DNA of 64,000 bases from Vicugna vicugna (taxonomy: Eukaryota), in contig MU058528.1 in the NCBI GenBank assembly GCA_013265495.1, forward strand, positions 124,001 through 188,000, in the 5' to 3' direction. How positions within the stretch are numbered: position 1 is the stretch's first letter; each line of letters begins with the position of its first letter. This document shows positions 23,954 to 38,009 of the stretch, in pieces. The notes under the pieces were generated by a model, which was not told where the DNA came from, ran no database searches, and saw only the letters and a program-made list of their open reading frames with translations. A program made the position numbers and the translations under genes.

Positions 23954-26900
23954 CTTTATTTATTTTTATTTTTATTCAGATATAGTTGATGTACAATATT
24001 ATATGTTACAGATGTACAACATAGTGATTCACAATTTTTAAATGTTCTACTCCATTTATAGTTATTATAAAATATTGACTACATTTGCTATATTGTACAA
24101 TATATCCTTGTAGTAGCTTATTTATTTTATACACAATAGTTTGTATCTCTAAATCCCCTATCCCTATCTTGTCCCTCTCCCCCCTCCTTCTCCCCACTGG
24201 TAACCACTACTTTGTTCTCTATATCTGTGGGTCCGTTTCTTTTTTGTTATATTCACTTATTTGTTTTATTTTTTTAGATTCCGCATGTAAGTGGTATTAC
24301 ACAGTATTTGTCTTCCTCTATCTGACTCATTTCATTACAGATGGCAAGATTTCATTCTTTTTAAGGCTGAGTAGTATTCCATTGTGTGGAAGATACTCCA
24401 CAGTATCTTCTTTATCCATTTTTTGTTTATGGACATTTAGGTTGTTTCCATATCTTAGCAATTGTAATTAATGATGCTATGAACATTGGGTGCATGCATC
24501 TTTTCAAATTAGTGTGTCTATTTTTTTGGAATATATACCCAGGAGTGGAATTGCTGGGTCATATGGTGGTTATATTTTTAGCATTTTTGAGAAACGTCCA
24601 TACTGTTTTCCACTGTGGCTGCTCCAATTTACATTTCCACCAAAAGTGAATTAGTGTTAAGTTTTCTTCACATTTTCACCAACATTTGTTATTTGTGTTC
24701 TCTTTGATGATAACCATTCTGACAGGTGTGAGGTGATATCTTACTGTAGTTTTGATTTGCAATTCTCTAGTAATTAGCGAAGTTGAGAATGTTTTTGTGT
24801 GCCTGTTGGCCATCTGTATGTCTTCTTTGGAAAAATGTCTATTTAGGTTTTTTGCCTATTTTTTGATTGGGTTTTGTTGTTGTTGTTGTTGTTAATTTTA
24901 TGAGCTGTTTGTATATTCTGGAAATTAAGCCCTTGTCAGTCTCATTGTTTGCAAATATTTTCTCCCAGTCCATAAAAGTTGCCTTTTTGTTCTGTTTACA
25001 GTTTCCTTTGCTGTGAAAAAGCTTATAAGTTTGATGTAATCCTATTTGTTTATTTTTGCTTTTATTTCTATTGCCTTGGGATACTGACCTAAGAAAACAT
25101 TGCTGCAATTTATTTCATAGAATGTTCTGCCTATGTTCTCTTCTAGGAGTTTTATGGTGTCATGTCTTATATTTAAGTCTTTAGGCCACTTTGAGTTTAT
25201 TTTCATACATGTTATGAGGGAGTGTTCTTACTTCATTGGTTTACATGTGGCTGTCCAGGTTTCCCAACACCACTTGATAGGGTATCTGTCTTTTCTCCAT
25301 TGTATATTCTTGCCTCTTTTGTGGAATATTAATTGGCCATAAGTATGTGGGTTTATTTCTGGCCTCTCTACTTTGTTCCATTGATCCATATGTCTGTTTT
25401 TGTGCCAATATCACACTGTTTTGATTACTGTAGCTTTGTAGTATTGTCTGAAGTCTGGGAGGTTTATGCATCCAGCTTTATTCTTCTTCCTCAAGATTGC
25501 TTTGGCAATTTGGGGTATTTTATGGTTTCATGTAAATTTTAGTGTTTTTGGTTCTAGTTCTATGAAAAAACATACTGGGTAACAGGAAGTACATTAAATC
25601 AGTAGATTGCTTTGGGTAGTATGGCCATTTTAACATTATTATTTCTTCTAATCCAAGAGCATGGGATATCTCTCCAGTTCTTTGAACCATCTTCAACAAT
25701 GATGAAATAAAAAAAAATACCTTGAAACAAATGACAATGAAAACACAACCATACAAAACCCATGGGATGCAGCAAGAGCAGTCCTTAGAGGTTTGTTCAT
25801 AGTGATACAGACTTTCCTCAAAAAACAAAACAAACAAACAAAAAAACCCCCCCAAAAAACAAGAAAAATCTCAAATAAACAACCTAACCTACCACCTAAA
25901 ATAATTAGAAAAATAACAACAAACAAAACCTAAAGTCAGAAGAAGGAAGGAAATAATGAAGATCAAAGAGGAAATAAATAAAATAGAGAGTTAAAAAACA
26001 ATAGGAAAAAAAATCAATAAAACCAAGAGTTGGTTATTTGAAAGGGTAAACGTAATCAACAAACCTCTGGCCAGGCTCACCAAGACAAAAAGAGAGAGGA
26101 CCCAAATAAACAAAATAAGAAATGAAAGAGAAGAAGTAACAACTGATACTGCAGAAATACAAAAAAAGTAAGAGAATACCATGAACAATTATATGCCAAC
26201 AAGTTGGACAACCTACAAAAACCAGACAAGTTTCTAGAAACATACAGGCCACCAAAACTGAATAACAAATGGATAATTTTAACATACTGATCACTAGACA
26301 TGAAGTAGAATCAGTTAAAAAAAAACACAAAAAACAAACAAAAACCTCCCTGCAAACAAAAGTCCAGGCTTCACTGGGGAATTCTACCAAACATGCAAAG
26401 AGCTTATACCAATCCTTTTCAAACTCTTTCAAAGATTGAAGAGGAGGGAACACTTCCCAACTCATTCTATAAAACCACCGTTTCCCTGACACCAAAGCCA
26501 GACAGATACTGCCAAAAAAGAAAATTACAGACCATTATCTTTGATGAATATAGATGCAGAAATTCTCAACAAAATTATTAGTAAACTGAGTCCAATAACA
26601 CATAGAAAGTTTCATACATCATAATCAAGTTAGATTAATCTCAGGGTCACAAGAATGGTTCAACAAATGCAAATCAATCAGTGTGAAATACCACATCAGC
26701 AAAAGAAAAGACAAAAATCACAGGATCATCTCAACAGATGCAGAAAAGTCATCTGATAAAACCCAACTTCCATTCGTAATAAAAACTCTTATGAAAATGG
26801 GTAGGAGGAAACATATTTCAACATAATAAAAGCAATTCATGACAAACCCACAGCCAACATAGTACTCAATGGTGAAAAGCTGAAAGCCTTCCCATTAAAA

Positions 26901-27530
26901 TCTGGAACAAGACAAAGATGCTCACTCTCACCACTTCCATTCAACATAATATTGGGAGTCCCAGCTACAGCAATCAAATAAGAAAAAGAAATAAAAGGGA
27001 TTCAAATTGGAAAGGAAGAGGTAAAGTTGTCATTATATACAGGTGACATGATACTGTATATAGAAAACGCTAAAGGCTCCACATACAATCTACTAGAAAT
27101 GATAAACAAATTTAGCAAGGTAGCAGGATACAAGATTACCATACAGAAATCTGTTGCATTTCTGTACACTAACAATAAAATATCAGCTAGGGTAAGTAAA
27201 AAACAATCCCTTTTAAATTTTCATCAAGAAATACTTAGGAATAGACCTGACCATGGACGTGAAAGACCTATATGCTGAGAACAATAAAACATCCACAAAG
27301 GAAGTCACTGTGGTTTTAATTTGCATTTCTCTCATGATTAAGGACATTGAGTATCTTTTCATGTGCCTGTTGGCCGTCTGTATGTTTTCTTTGAAAAAAT
27401 GTCTATCAGGTCTTCTGCCCATTTTCAATTGGATTGTTTGTTTTCTTTTTGATGTTAAGTTGTATGAGTTGTTCACATATTTTGGATATTCAGCCTTTAT
27501 CAGTCATATCATTTGCAAATATTTTCTCCT
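23954..27530 (-). mobile_element. 5'-inverted L1 (antisense 23954-25696, sense 25697-27303) with an extra antisense piece 27304-27530
   Basis: ORF2 peptides on both strands; the sense arm ends ([12 protein letters not shown]) where the antisense arm begins in L1 coordinates. Confidence 0.9.
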
Positions 27531-28314
27531 ATTACTTTAAGGTTTTAAAGTTACTTCTGTCAATAACACCTGTTTTTTCTAGTAAGGTGGTAAAAAGAAA
27601 ACATTATTGACATGATAAACAAGAACACTTTAAACTTAGTAGAGGTAAGCTGTTACTTACATGATTATTATTGGTAGACTCTTGAGAGAGTCCACTTCTC
27701 TCCAGATCTCTGCTTTTGATTGGCTGATGGCTACCATTCTACCACTTGCCCCGCATCCCTTTGGTTATTATTATTTTCCCATAGTGAGAGACAAGGAGCA
27801 GTGAAACACTTGCATCTCATTTTTCTTTTCTGTGATTGAGTTGATAAAATTATTCCTTATGTTTCGTACAAATACGAGGACATAAGATATGTCATGGGAG
27901 GATAAGGAGTGAAAGAAGCATAGTGAAGGGACATGTTAAAATATTTCCTACTTCCCAACCTATCTGAGAAATGACCTTATGTATTAATAGCCAGCTTTGC
28001 AGAAATAATGAGAAAATCAGTAGGAAACACTTTCTGGATTGAACGTAGTCCTCCCCTTCATTTTCCTGGATAGATTTAAAGTCCCTTTAAATCACTTTTG
28101 GGAGGATGTTGGTCTAACTTCTTTCCAAATCAGTAAAATGTGTTTCTCAAACACTCCAATGTCTTACTTTTTGATTCCTTCAGCTACATGATGACTGAAT
28201 CATTTAGAAGTCAATGGCTTTTAATTTTCAGCAAAATGGAGCTCTTCAATGGTTTACATAAAGATTGTAAGAGATTGGCTTGACTAAATGCTACAGATCG
28301 CTAAGCACGTGGTT

Positions 28315-28332
28315 GTAGACTAGATGGCGCAC
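28315..28332 (+). promoter_or_regulatory. Candidate CTCF site, adjacent to E-box cacgtg (28306-28311)
   Basis: gactagatggcgca matches the CTCF core; local CpGs retained in unique DNA. Confidence 0.5.
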
Positions 28333-30494
28333 TTACAACTCAACTGCTTAACAAGAATGTGCTGATTTCTTAAAGAAGTGTTAGTGTTGAACATTTCTTC
28401 CTGGATTCAGCTTAAACATTAAAAAACAGTTTTGAGCCATTAAAAGATGTGTATGTGGTAAACAGCATCGCCACCTGCCACCTGCCACTGAAGTCCTGAA
28501 GCAAACATTTCCCAGTCACACCATCAGAGCAGGTGAAGCTGAGGATGTGATGGGGGAAATTCCTTGGCAGCTTGTTCTGTTGCTATCATTAGCTGCTGTG
28601 AGGAAGCAGCACGAGACGCTGGGAAGTGACTGCAACATTAACCAGATTTTCCAGATGCTCTTGAGTATTCTTTCTCCTGTGCTAGAAGGGAAAGAGCCCC
28701 TTGGAACTTGGCCACTTTCTGCAGCTTTGGCAAGGGCTGGTGGCTGAGTCTGAGGGGCGGGGGATGAAGCTGGGACTGAGTCTAGTTCCAGAAGCTTTCG
28801 GGGGAACATGTTTCCTTTCACGGGGCTTAAAGTAATTCTGTGTAGAAAAGTAAAGTTTCTAATTTTACTTTATTTGAATAATTCTAAGAATTACAGCATT
28901 AGACAACTGTGGAGCCAGGAGATTCCTTAGACATCTACTTCCCGACTTCTATAGGTGGGAAAAATAGATCCAGGGAGGGTAAGGAGTTGCCAGACTGTGG
29001 AGCCAAATTTGTGTATGGGCTGAAGATTTTATCTCGGTTGAGTTTTGAATAGTTTTACCAAATGAGAGTCTTGATTTGGCAAACACTGGAATTTCGATTC
29101 TCTGTTGTGTTAATGTTATGTTAAGTCACATGATTGCACTATGTTTTATGCTATGTTGAATGTTCCATTGTCGAAAGCAAATGAAATGCTATTTCTAGGG
29201 CTATTTTCACAGTCCAGAGTCCATAGAACTGTTGGTTTAGTATCTCTTTTTCCACCAGTAGGGTTATTTTTCTTTTTTTTGTTTTTCCTTTTCCAAACAA
29301 ATTCCTCATGGCTCTAAACATTAAGTAGAGCTTCAACAAGAAGCAGTTTTTCTTATGATTCTTAAGAATGTGGTTCTCCCCAGTCCCCGAGTACCCACTT
29401 TGGTCTTTTGGAGGCTGTCTGTCCTCAACTCATGCAAATGGCAGATTGGGTGGTGGTGAGATTTTTTTCTTCCAGTTCTTGGTGCTGCATCAAATACTCT
29501 TGAGCCTCCGGTTATCTATGAGACCTCAAGGCAAAATGTCCTACAGCCTGGCTTCCTGTGTGCTTAGTTCTGCTTGCTTTTCCTGATCTGTCTGTCCTTT
29601 CAGGGCCCTCACCACTCAGCCTGCTCCTTCCTCCTCCTCTATCCTGAGAGAGCAAACGTAGCCTTCTCTTGTTGGCTTGCCCTTGACTGGATCTCTGTGA
29701 AATGCTATACTCTAAAATGCATAATAGAATATTTCACATCTTTGCAATGAAACAATGGAATGTCACATTTCCCATTATCTTGCTAATATTATCAAAACTA
29801 TATCAATGAGAGCTGCTAAAGTGCTAAAACAATCTCATTTGCTTGGTATATAAACCCAGAAGGCTTTTTTTTTTGCTTAATATCTTGATTCAATTTAATT
29901 TTGGATGAAATTTTTGATTTTGCCTTTGGTTAAATATCTCCAGCTATCTCTAAAAATGACAGCCTATTCAAGACTGGCAGTTAAAATGTAGAGTCAGACA
30001 ATTTTAGAGGAATCTTCCTTTTACCCTAAAATCACAGTGAAGTATTACTCCTTTGAGAGCCACTTGTCAGATAGTGCCATAGAAGAATAAGTACTTTTTC
30101 TCCTTGGCATGTGAGAAAAGACATTTTTAAGCAAAGGTTTTGAGATCTTTTGTTAAATCTTGCTCAGAAGCAATCTTATACAAATTCATACAAATGGAAG
30201 CTCCTTTTTGGTTTAAATCTTAAAAAAGAAAAAAAATGCCTCCCCTACTAGCTCTTCCTCCTCCATGTCCTTGATCCTTAAGAGAACAAATCAGAAAGCA
30301 GTTTAAACATCACAATTTTAAACAACAATTTATATGGGCAGCTTCCAGGTTGGGAGTGAATTGTACTCCCCCAAAATGTCAATTAATTGCTTTCAACCCA
30401 GAATTTAAGCTATATCTGGAGAGTAAATTGTTATGGTATTTTGGGGGAGGGGAAATTCAGCAATGGAAATTAAAATCATTTTTCTACTCTCATA

Positions 30495-30990
30495 CTGTTT
30501 AGTAATTCCATTCCCATAATTTATCCCTTAGAAATAAGTGATCAGAAGAATTTCCAAAATATATGTGTAATTATGTTAATCACAATGCTGTATGTATTAG
30601 TGAAACACTGAGGACAGTCTGCAAGTCAGACAATAGGGCGATTTATTAATCATGGTGCATTCATGAGCTGGAATTCTAAGCAGCTTTAAAAAATGGTAAT
30701 GTAGTTGCATCTTCTTTATTTGTGTTTGGTATGGAAACATGTCCATAATATATTAAATGACAATATTAAAGACAGTATTTATGCTTTATAATCCCATTTG
30801 GAACATGTATGTATATATATATATACAAATATAAAATCGGGACAGATGTTCACCAAAATATTGAGTGGTGACTTCTATGTGGTAGAATTATAGATACTTG
30901 CCTAGTTATTTTGTTATCTTTATGAAATTGTCATTTAAAAAAGTAAATCTGTTGCTTTCACAGTCAGAAGAAAACAATGATATTATTTTT
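30495..30990 (+). mobile_element. Ancient L1ME 3' fragment
   Basis: agtaattccattcc..aatttatccct, ggaaacatgtccataatatattaaatg; highly diverged. Confidence 0.55.
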
Positions 30991-32284
30991 GGTACTTTTG
31001 TTAATAAAATATTGCTGTGTTACCAGACGTTTTCCATAATGGATGACTTCACACAGGGAATATAAAGTGTTAGTGGTAGAGCTTGCTTTTGTCTACAGAG
31101 TGTACACTTCTGCCCCTTTGCTTTCTAAGATTAACCCTTGAATCTTTTGAGCTTTTAATGCTTTGCCTACCATAGGGCTATAGATGTATTGAAGCTGCAA
31201 GGGACTGAGAGGGTTCTTCTTGGTGACAGCCACTGCAATGGCCAGGGGACAGCTTGGCAAGCATCCAGAAGGGCAGGAAGCCTCCAGTGATGGGGATAAG
31301 GTCATTCAAAAGTCACATGTCCATAAGACAAAGCCCGCTTGCATTAAACATCACCACAAAGTGTTGTCAACCCTAAATTAAAGTAGAAGCTATTCATTTT
31401 CATTAGAGCCCCTAACTCTTCTTACATGAAGCCAGCAAAGGGCTATTCTGAAGTGCACAATACAGTTCTCACAGCTTGAAAGATGAAACTCTCCTTAGTC
31501 ATCCTGAGACATTACCCAGTCCAGATGGATAGTTTACATCTTCCAGCAAATATCTGCAGGAATTATTTCTCCCCAGAAGTATTTGATTATATTTTTCCAA
31601 GTTGACTCTTCTTGGCTGCACTTTAAGTCCCTGGTGACTCCTCAGTGCTCTTCCTTAGTGTGGAGAGAAATAGTGCTTACTAATGCAAATACTAAGAAGT
31701 AAAATGACCAGAATCCGAGGTGAGTGGTTATCGAAGGAATAGAACCAATAGTTCAAATTCACACCCAGTCTTTCAGTCAAAGGACCCAAATAGTGTCATC
31801 CTTAAATGAGAAGAAAATGCTTTGTGTTTATAGAAACACATGTAAAATATATGTCCTTACCTATATTTATATCCAAATGAATATACACACACATGACAAA
31901 ATTCTCTCAATAAACAAGGAAGGAATTTCAACTGTGGCTGAGTCTACATAACTATGAACATCTTGATTAAAAGAAGACCAGCAGTGGTCAATTAATCAGC
32001 TTCTGTTTATACAAATCATCTAATAGTAGATGTAACCAGGGAAATAAATATGGAATAATGAGGCTATCCAAAGACTTCAAGAGACGATAAAAATTCACCA
32101 CGGAGGAGCTGGTCTTTGAGGAAAGACCTGGGGTGGACAAGAATCTTTTTTGGAAGAAAATAGTAATTGTGGATTATGGAAGACAATAGGTAAAGAATTA
32201 CAAGTGAAGAAACAGTACTTGGAAAACACAAAGGCCAGATGGCTGTGATTCGTGGGGGATGAGAGGACGTGATGGTTACTTCCA

Positions 32285-32450
32285 TGAGCAGTTCTTCATT
32301 TTGTGGGACTTGCAGGATATTAATCATCCTTGGCCACCGGGTAATAAAGGCCAGTAGTTCTTCCCAGTCATTGTGACAACAGAAAATGTCCCACAAGTTT
32401 CCAAACAGCTTTGATGGGAGATTTATTATTCTGCCTTAAGAACCATTGAG
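32285..32450. mobile_element. MER3-like hAT MITE
   Basis: ttcttcattttgtggga..ccagtagttc..cagtcattgtgacaacagaaaatgtccc..agaaccattg. Confidence 0.65.
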
Positions 32451-33559
32451 CAAGATAATTAGAACTTCTAAATGGCAGGATGAAATGCCAGGATGCCATC
32501 AGGTTTTAATGTGTGAAATACTTCTGTTTTTATTTTCCCATTTCTTTTAGGTAGGCATACTGTAAAACTATACTTTTCTCTGCAGTGTTTACCACACATT
32601 CACGCCCTCTGTTATCTGTGGTTAATTCAGTTTAGAGTTAATTCTGATTCCTATGGCATCCATTACATGCTGCCTTCATCTCAGCTTATAGCTGCTTATA
32701 ATTATCTTTACTTATAGCAGGTTTGGGTGAAACTTAGGGGCACCAGTGGGTTCATCAAACATCTGGAACAATTTTTTCAAAAATTCTGGATTTACTAAAA
32801 CCCAAACACTCTGCCAAGCACCTCTTCTCACCCTCTTTCTCCAAACTTAAAAATATATATGTATATTTTAGAGAACATTGATTCCATGTGTTTTTAATTC
32901 ATTTCAGTTCAAATCATCAAATTGTTTTAAAAAAAAAAACTATTTGGCAACCAGGAAGCCCATTGAGCCTTTAAAATAAATAAACTTCTAACAACTTAAA
33001 AAATGTCACATAAATATATTAAAACAGCAAGAGGATAAAGTTTTGATGGAGAATGATTGGAAATTAAATTTGGCAAAATTATTTTTCCACATTAATTTAT
33101 AGTTTTCTGTCCAATTTCCAATCCATGATCTGGAGAGAATGAATTGTGTTACTCAATCTAAAAAAAAAATGCTGTATCAAATTCTCTACACAAAGACATG
33201 TATCATCATGGAGAAAATATTAAGAAACCAATTTGAATCAAATGGTCTATTAATTCTTAATATTGGGGAATTTTTTTTTACCATCTAGATGATAATAATA
33301 ACCTAAGAAAATATGGGCAAACTGGAAAATGTAAGAAATAACAAGAGTAATAGTATTTTGAGAATGAAAATGCATTTAGTTATGAGTTATCTTATAATTG
33401 TAATATAAGTCAGTTATTCTAGTGATCTGAGGGGTTAAAAATTAGCTTGCTGATGCGCATTGATGATAAATGTCTACATACACAGAGCTGTATGAATCTT
33501 CACATATTAATAAAAATCTACTATAGCATTTATGCTGAGACATATGAATTGAGTAACAT

Positions 33560-34130
33560 ATAAAACGGCTAAAAGCCCTGTTTAAAATCTGTCCATCTAA
33601 ATAACTGAAGATAATTTTCAGAGATGACTTCCAAGGGTTTGAAAATAAGAACTGTGACATTAAAGACTTAAGAAACAGATTCTTCAATAAACTTGGTGAA
33701 AAATGTTAGATATCGTTAGTATGGGAATGCAAATTTAAATGAGATACCATTTTTCACTTCACATCAGAAAAGATGTTTATACTAAGAATATCCTGTGATC
33801 TTCCGTATCTTTCTTCATATTATTCAAGATCTCCAATGTATTGTGAATGTATTGCTGATAGAAAAGTAAATTAAATTTGAAGATGTATATTAAGAGTCTA
33901 AAAAAGTTGGTAATCTTTAACCCAGTAACTCAACTCTTAAGAGTAAATCTGCACACACACACTCATGTTTAACTGAGGCAAAAAATTAAAACAACCTAAG
34001 TGTCCAAAAATAGGGAAGAACTAAACACATTATAATATCTATGCAATGGAAAATTGTATGATGTTAAAAATGATGTTGATAAAATGTTTGTGATAAATTA
34101 GAGAAATGGTTATGTAAAGTGAAATACCAA
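33560..34130 (+). mobile_element. Ancient L1ME 3' fragments
   Basis: aatgcaaatttaaatgagataccatttt, tttaacccagtaactc, aacaacctaagtgtccaaaaatagg. Confidence 0.55.
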
Positions 34131-35416
34131 ATATTATAATATCAACTTTTTAAGTTGCATAGAAAAATTACGGTAGACAAAACCAGTAGTGATTTTACTC
34201 TATCGATTCCACAGCTTTGAGTCAACTGCAGTGGCAGAACTCAAGTGTTCTATAGTTCCTGACTTTATGTTTGCATACAGTTAGGTGCTCAATAAGTGGA
34301 GACGATTTTTCAGATTAAAGCTTTCAAATTAATTGTATGTAAAGTTAATTTTTTCTTTAATAAGAAAAAGGAAATCATTAAAGGAAAAAAGCAAGATCTC
34401 GTATTTGAGAATAAAAGTTATGTTATACATTAGTCTTATAGAAAAATAAAGATTTTTGAGAGGAAAAAGTATTTGTGTTTAAGTTACAACTTGAATTACG
34501 TTCAGTCATCATGAAAATTAGGTTTTCCATCGAAGGCAAATTTTTGTCATTGACATTTTAATTGTGTACAGCTCGGGTATTGAATTTGAGGGGCAAATTG
34601 CTTGTCTTAATTAGGCCAGAGTGATCTCTCATTGCCAACAGGAGCAAGAAGTTCAGTATATTCCCCTCCAAGATCCCATCATTCCTCTTTGATACTTCTA
34701 TGGGTCCCTATCTATTTTTCAGTGTTCTGAGGAGCAGAAGAGAGCCAGCCCTTGGGTGTGCCTCCCTCCTGAGCAGGAGCCACGGGAGCAGGAAACACAA
34801 AATGGTGCCTGTGTTCTGGAATGATCTCCTGCCTGATCTAGAAAAGCAGGCTCCCTCCCTTTCTAAGGCACCACTGATTTTTAAAAAGAGTTCCCCACAA
34901 ATTGACTGGTGTTTTTGGGGTCAAAGTTCTATCAATTCCTAAGCCAAGGCATTTCCACGGGCTGTACCAGGGGGCAGATTTAGGACTTTTTCTTTTTTTT
35001 GATGCTCATCATCATGCAAGTGAGCAATGATGCAGAGCTGGGGTCCACAGGAAATGGGCCAGTGGGTAAGGCTGGTTAGGAGCAAGCCCAGGGGTCGGAA
35101 TGCAGAGCCCTACTCAAGCTCAAGGAACTTCTGTGCCTTGGAAGTTTAAGCCTCCAATGTTCCAGCTCTGTCAACATTCTGTACTGTTGTTCGGTTGACT
35201 GTATGAGACTGTCATTTTTTTAGGTCAAATTTCATATTTCACTAACAAAAATTGAATGCTACTTCTAAAGGTTATTTTGTAATACAAGGGTTTATTTGCA
35301 GCATTATCCATTATCAAATGGTTGGATATGGGCAATATCATAAGGTTCAATCTAATAGATCTTGGGACACAGTGGCTCCAAGAAGGGTAGGGTCAGACAG
35401 GTTCAGGCTTGTCGCT

Positions 35417-35828
35417 TGTATATTAGTCTGTGTCCCTCAAGAAGTAGACGCTGAGATGGAATTAAATATGCAAGGATTTTATTGGCGGGGTGGAAGGGTG
35501 CCTGTATGAAAGGAGAGAGATGGGAGAGTTGTCAGGACATGATGCTAGTCTGATCCCAAGTGAAGGAGGGAGGAGGAGCAGGTTAAGTGCAAGCTTCCTA
35601 GACTTAGTGTATGGAAGGTTTGGCAAAGCCTTAGGGGAGTTCTTGAGTCAAAGTCAGCCAAAATAGGAGTCCCATAGCTCCCAGAAACAGGTGTTGGTAG
35701 AAGGTGGCCCATGGGAGGCGTGGCCTTGGCACAAACACAGGGATGTGTTTCAGAGTGCGCCTCCTGGGGCCTCAGCTAATTATACTCCTGTAGTTGGGGG
35801 TCACCAGGCTCATTTTCATAGCTGCTAC
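35417..35828. mobile_element. ERVL-type solo LTR (LTR16/LTR33-like)
   Basis: tgt..aca termini; agacgctgagatggaatt..gcaaggattttattgg; end catagctgctaca. Confidence 0.6.
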
Positions 35829-37594
35829 ACCGGGAGCCTCAGAAATACGGATGACACTCTGATTCAGCCCTGGCCTCTATAGCCATCCCTTCACTCTCTA
35901 CCCTTGTTTTAATTCTATTTCAGAATCTTCTTCACTGCTCCTTGAGGTCATCCAAATCTACCTTGACTTTTATGGAGAGGAAGTTTGGGGCAGGGAAAAG
36001 GACTGTAGTGCTTACTGTTTCAGAAAATCATTGGCTTTTTTATGCAAAATGGCCCACACCTTCTGGAGAGCTATTAGAGGAAAGACAGCTTTAATAGATA
36101 AAACAAAAAATCCCTATTGTTTATTTCCAAGGGTGAGTTTCAGTGTGAGAAAAGGCTGCAAAACAAATGGACGTCATATGCATTGGATGACATTTTGAAA
36201 GTTCACAGAGTATGTAATTGCTTTGTTTCATCAATGGAGGTGAAAAACAGCTTTAGTAGGGCTCCCAGCTGCATATAACAGCCTATTATAAGAAAACCCA
36301 CATAGCAATAAAATTAATACATACCAAATGTTGCAAATAAATCCTTATATTATAAAATAACCTTTTGAAGTAGCATTTAATTTTTATTAGTGAAATATGA
36401 AATTTAAAATTGAAATTCATAGACAAATAATACATACATGTGCCTGAGTGTAGGAAATAGAAGATTCATGTCAGGGCTAAGTGCTTACTGGGAAAATTAA
36501 AATGAAAATTGAATAATCATTGAGGCAAATTAAGCAAGCTGATTTGACTACAGCTTAGTTTTTTGCTAAGGGGTATTGGGAGAAAAGAGGTCCGTCAAAT
36601 TCCCTGGGTAGTTTCTCATTTCTCTAGCTAGTATAGATCAGATCTTTTGGGGAGGACCTTTAACCATGATCTTGAGTCTATGTAAACTAAACTTATGTTT
36701 TATTTTAAGGGAAAACCCCTTAAAATAAATGTTGCAAGGAAAGATGAAATCAGAATTAGAGCTCTTCTTCAAGAGGAGACTAAAACCATCCACAGGAAGC
36801 ATCCAGGGGATCTGGCAAATGTGCCTTTGCACGTTCCTCACACAAGACGCAGTCTTACACAATTCTTCCATTCACTCATGGGCTCACATCTGTTGGCCAC
36901 CCATGCTCCCTGAAGACAGCTTATGGCACTGGATTGCATCAACGAGGCGTGATGGATGATAGGGAGGACATCACTGGGGAGGGAGTACTCTGCCTTTGGC
37001 TTGGGTTAGAGTCAGATGCGAAGAAAAGAGGAGCAGTAAATTTGGAAACAATGTTGGAAGAAGCTAAATTTTATTTTTCATCTCTGTAAGTTCCAAAGAA
37101 GGAATCAAACCTGCAAATATGACGATGAGATGATTGGACTAATTTGTAAGGTAATTTATCACAACACGGGAACTGGGAGTTCAGCTCTGCAGGCATAGGG
37201 AGGCACCTAGGAAGGACTGCATTTTAACATCCCCATTTGGGAGTTCTTAAATCAACCTCAAACTCTGATTTTACAAGTGCCACTGGAAAGGTGGAGACAG
37301 TACAATCTTCTTTATACTGTGCTTTGTGATCCAGCTAGATTTTGATGTGATGTTGAAACAAAACTTTCTTAAACAGGAGGTTAAAAAGAAATGAAAATGA
37401 TTTAACATACAGCACATACATTGAACTAAGAATTCTAGAAACTAACAGCATCAAAGAAAACTAAATTAACAAGTTTTGAAAGGATTCATCAAATTCTTTG
37501 TGCCCATGCCACCCATTAATAAATCTCCATCTAGAGCTGAGAGCTGTGAGGAAAAAGGCATTTGCAAAAGATGATAGTGAGATTCCTTTGATTC

Positions 37595-37750
37595 TTTTTT
37601 TTTTTAAAATTGGAGTATAGTCAGTTTACAATGTTGTATCAATTTCTGGTGTACAGCATAATGGTTCAGTCATACATGTACATACATATATTCGTCTTCA
37701 TATTCTTTTTCATTATAGGTCACCACAAGATACTGAATAGAGTTCCCTGC
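37595..37750 (-). mobile_element. Short young L1 3' end
   Basis: Poly(T) followed by the reverse complement of the 3'UTR seen at 1850-2000. Confidence 0.85.
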
Positions 37751-38009
37751 ACTTGCTATCTTGCCAGTGAGTTTGTGCTGGTGTCCACTGGCTGTGCCGA
37801 TTGCATTTTTGTGGCAATACCACTCTACTTATTTTTAAGGAATTTTCAGTAGACTTTGCAAAGACCACATAATACTTCAATGACACTATGTTTCCGTCTA
37901 GATGAATAAGATCCCAAACTGGCAAGTAAATTTGTGCTTACAGGATCAAAGTCCAGAAGGGCATTTCATAAATGTTTTGACAATTAAAATAAATTGTTGG
38001 TGATGTAAT

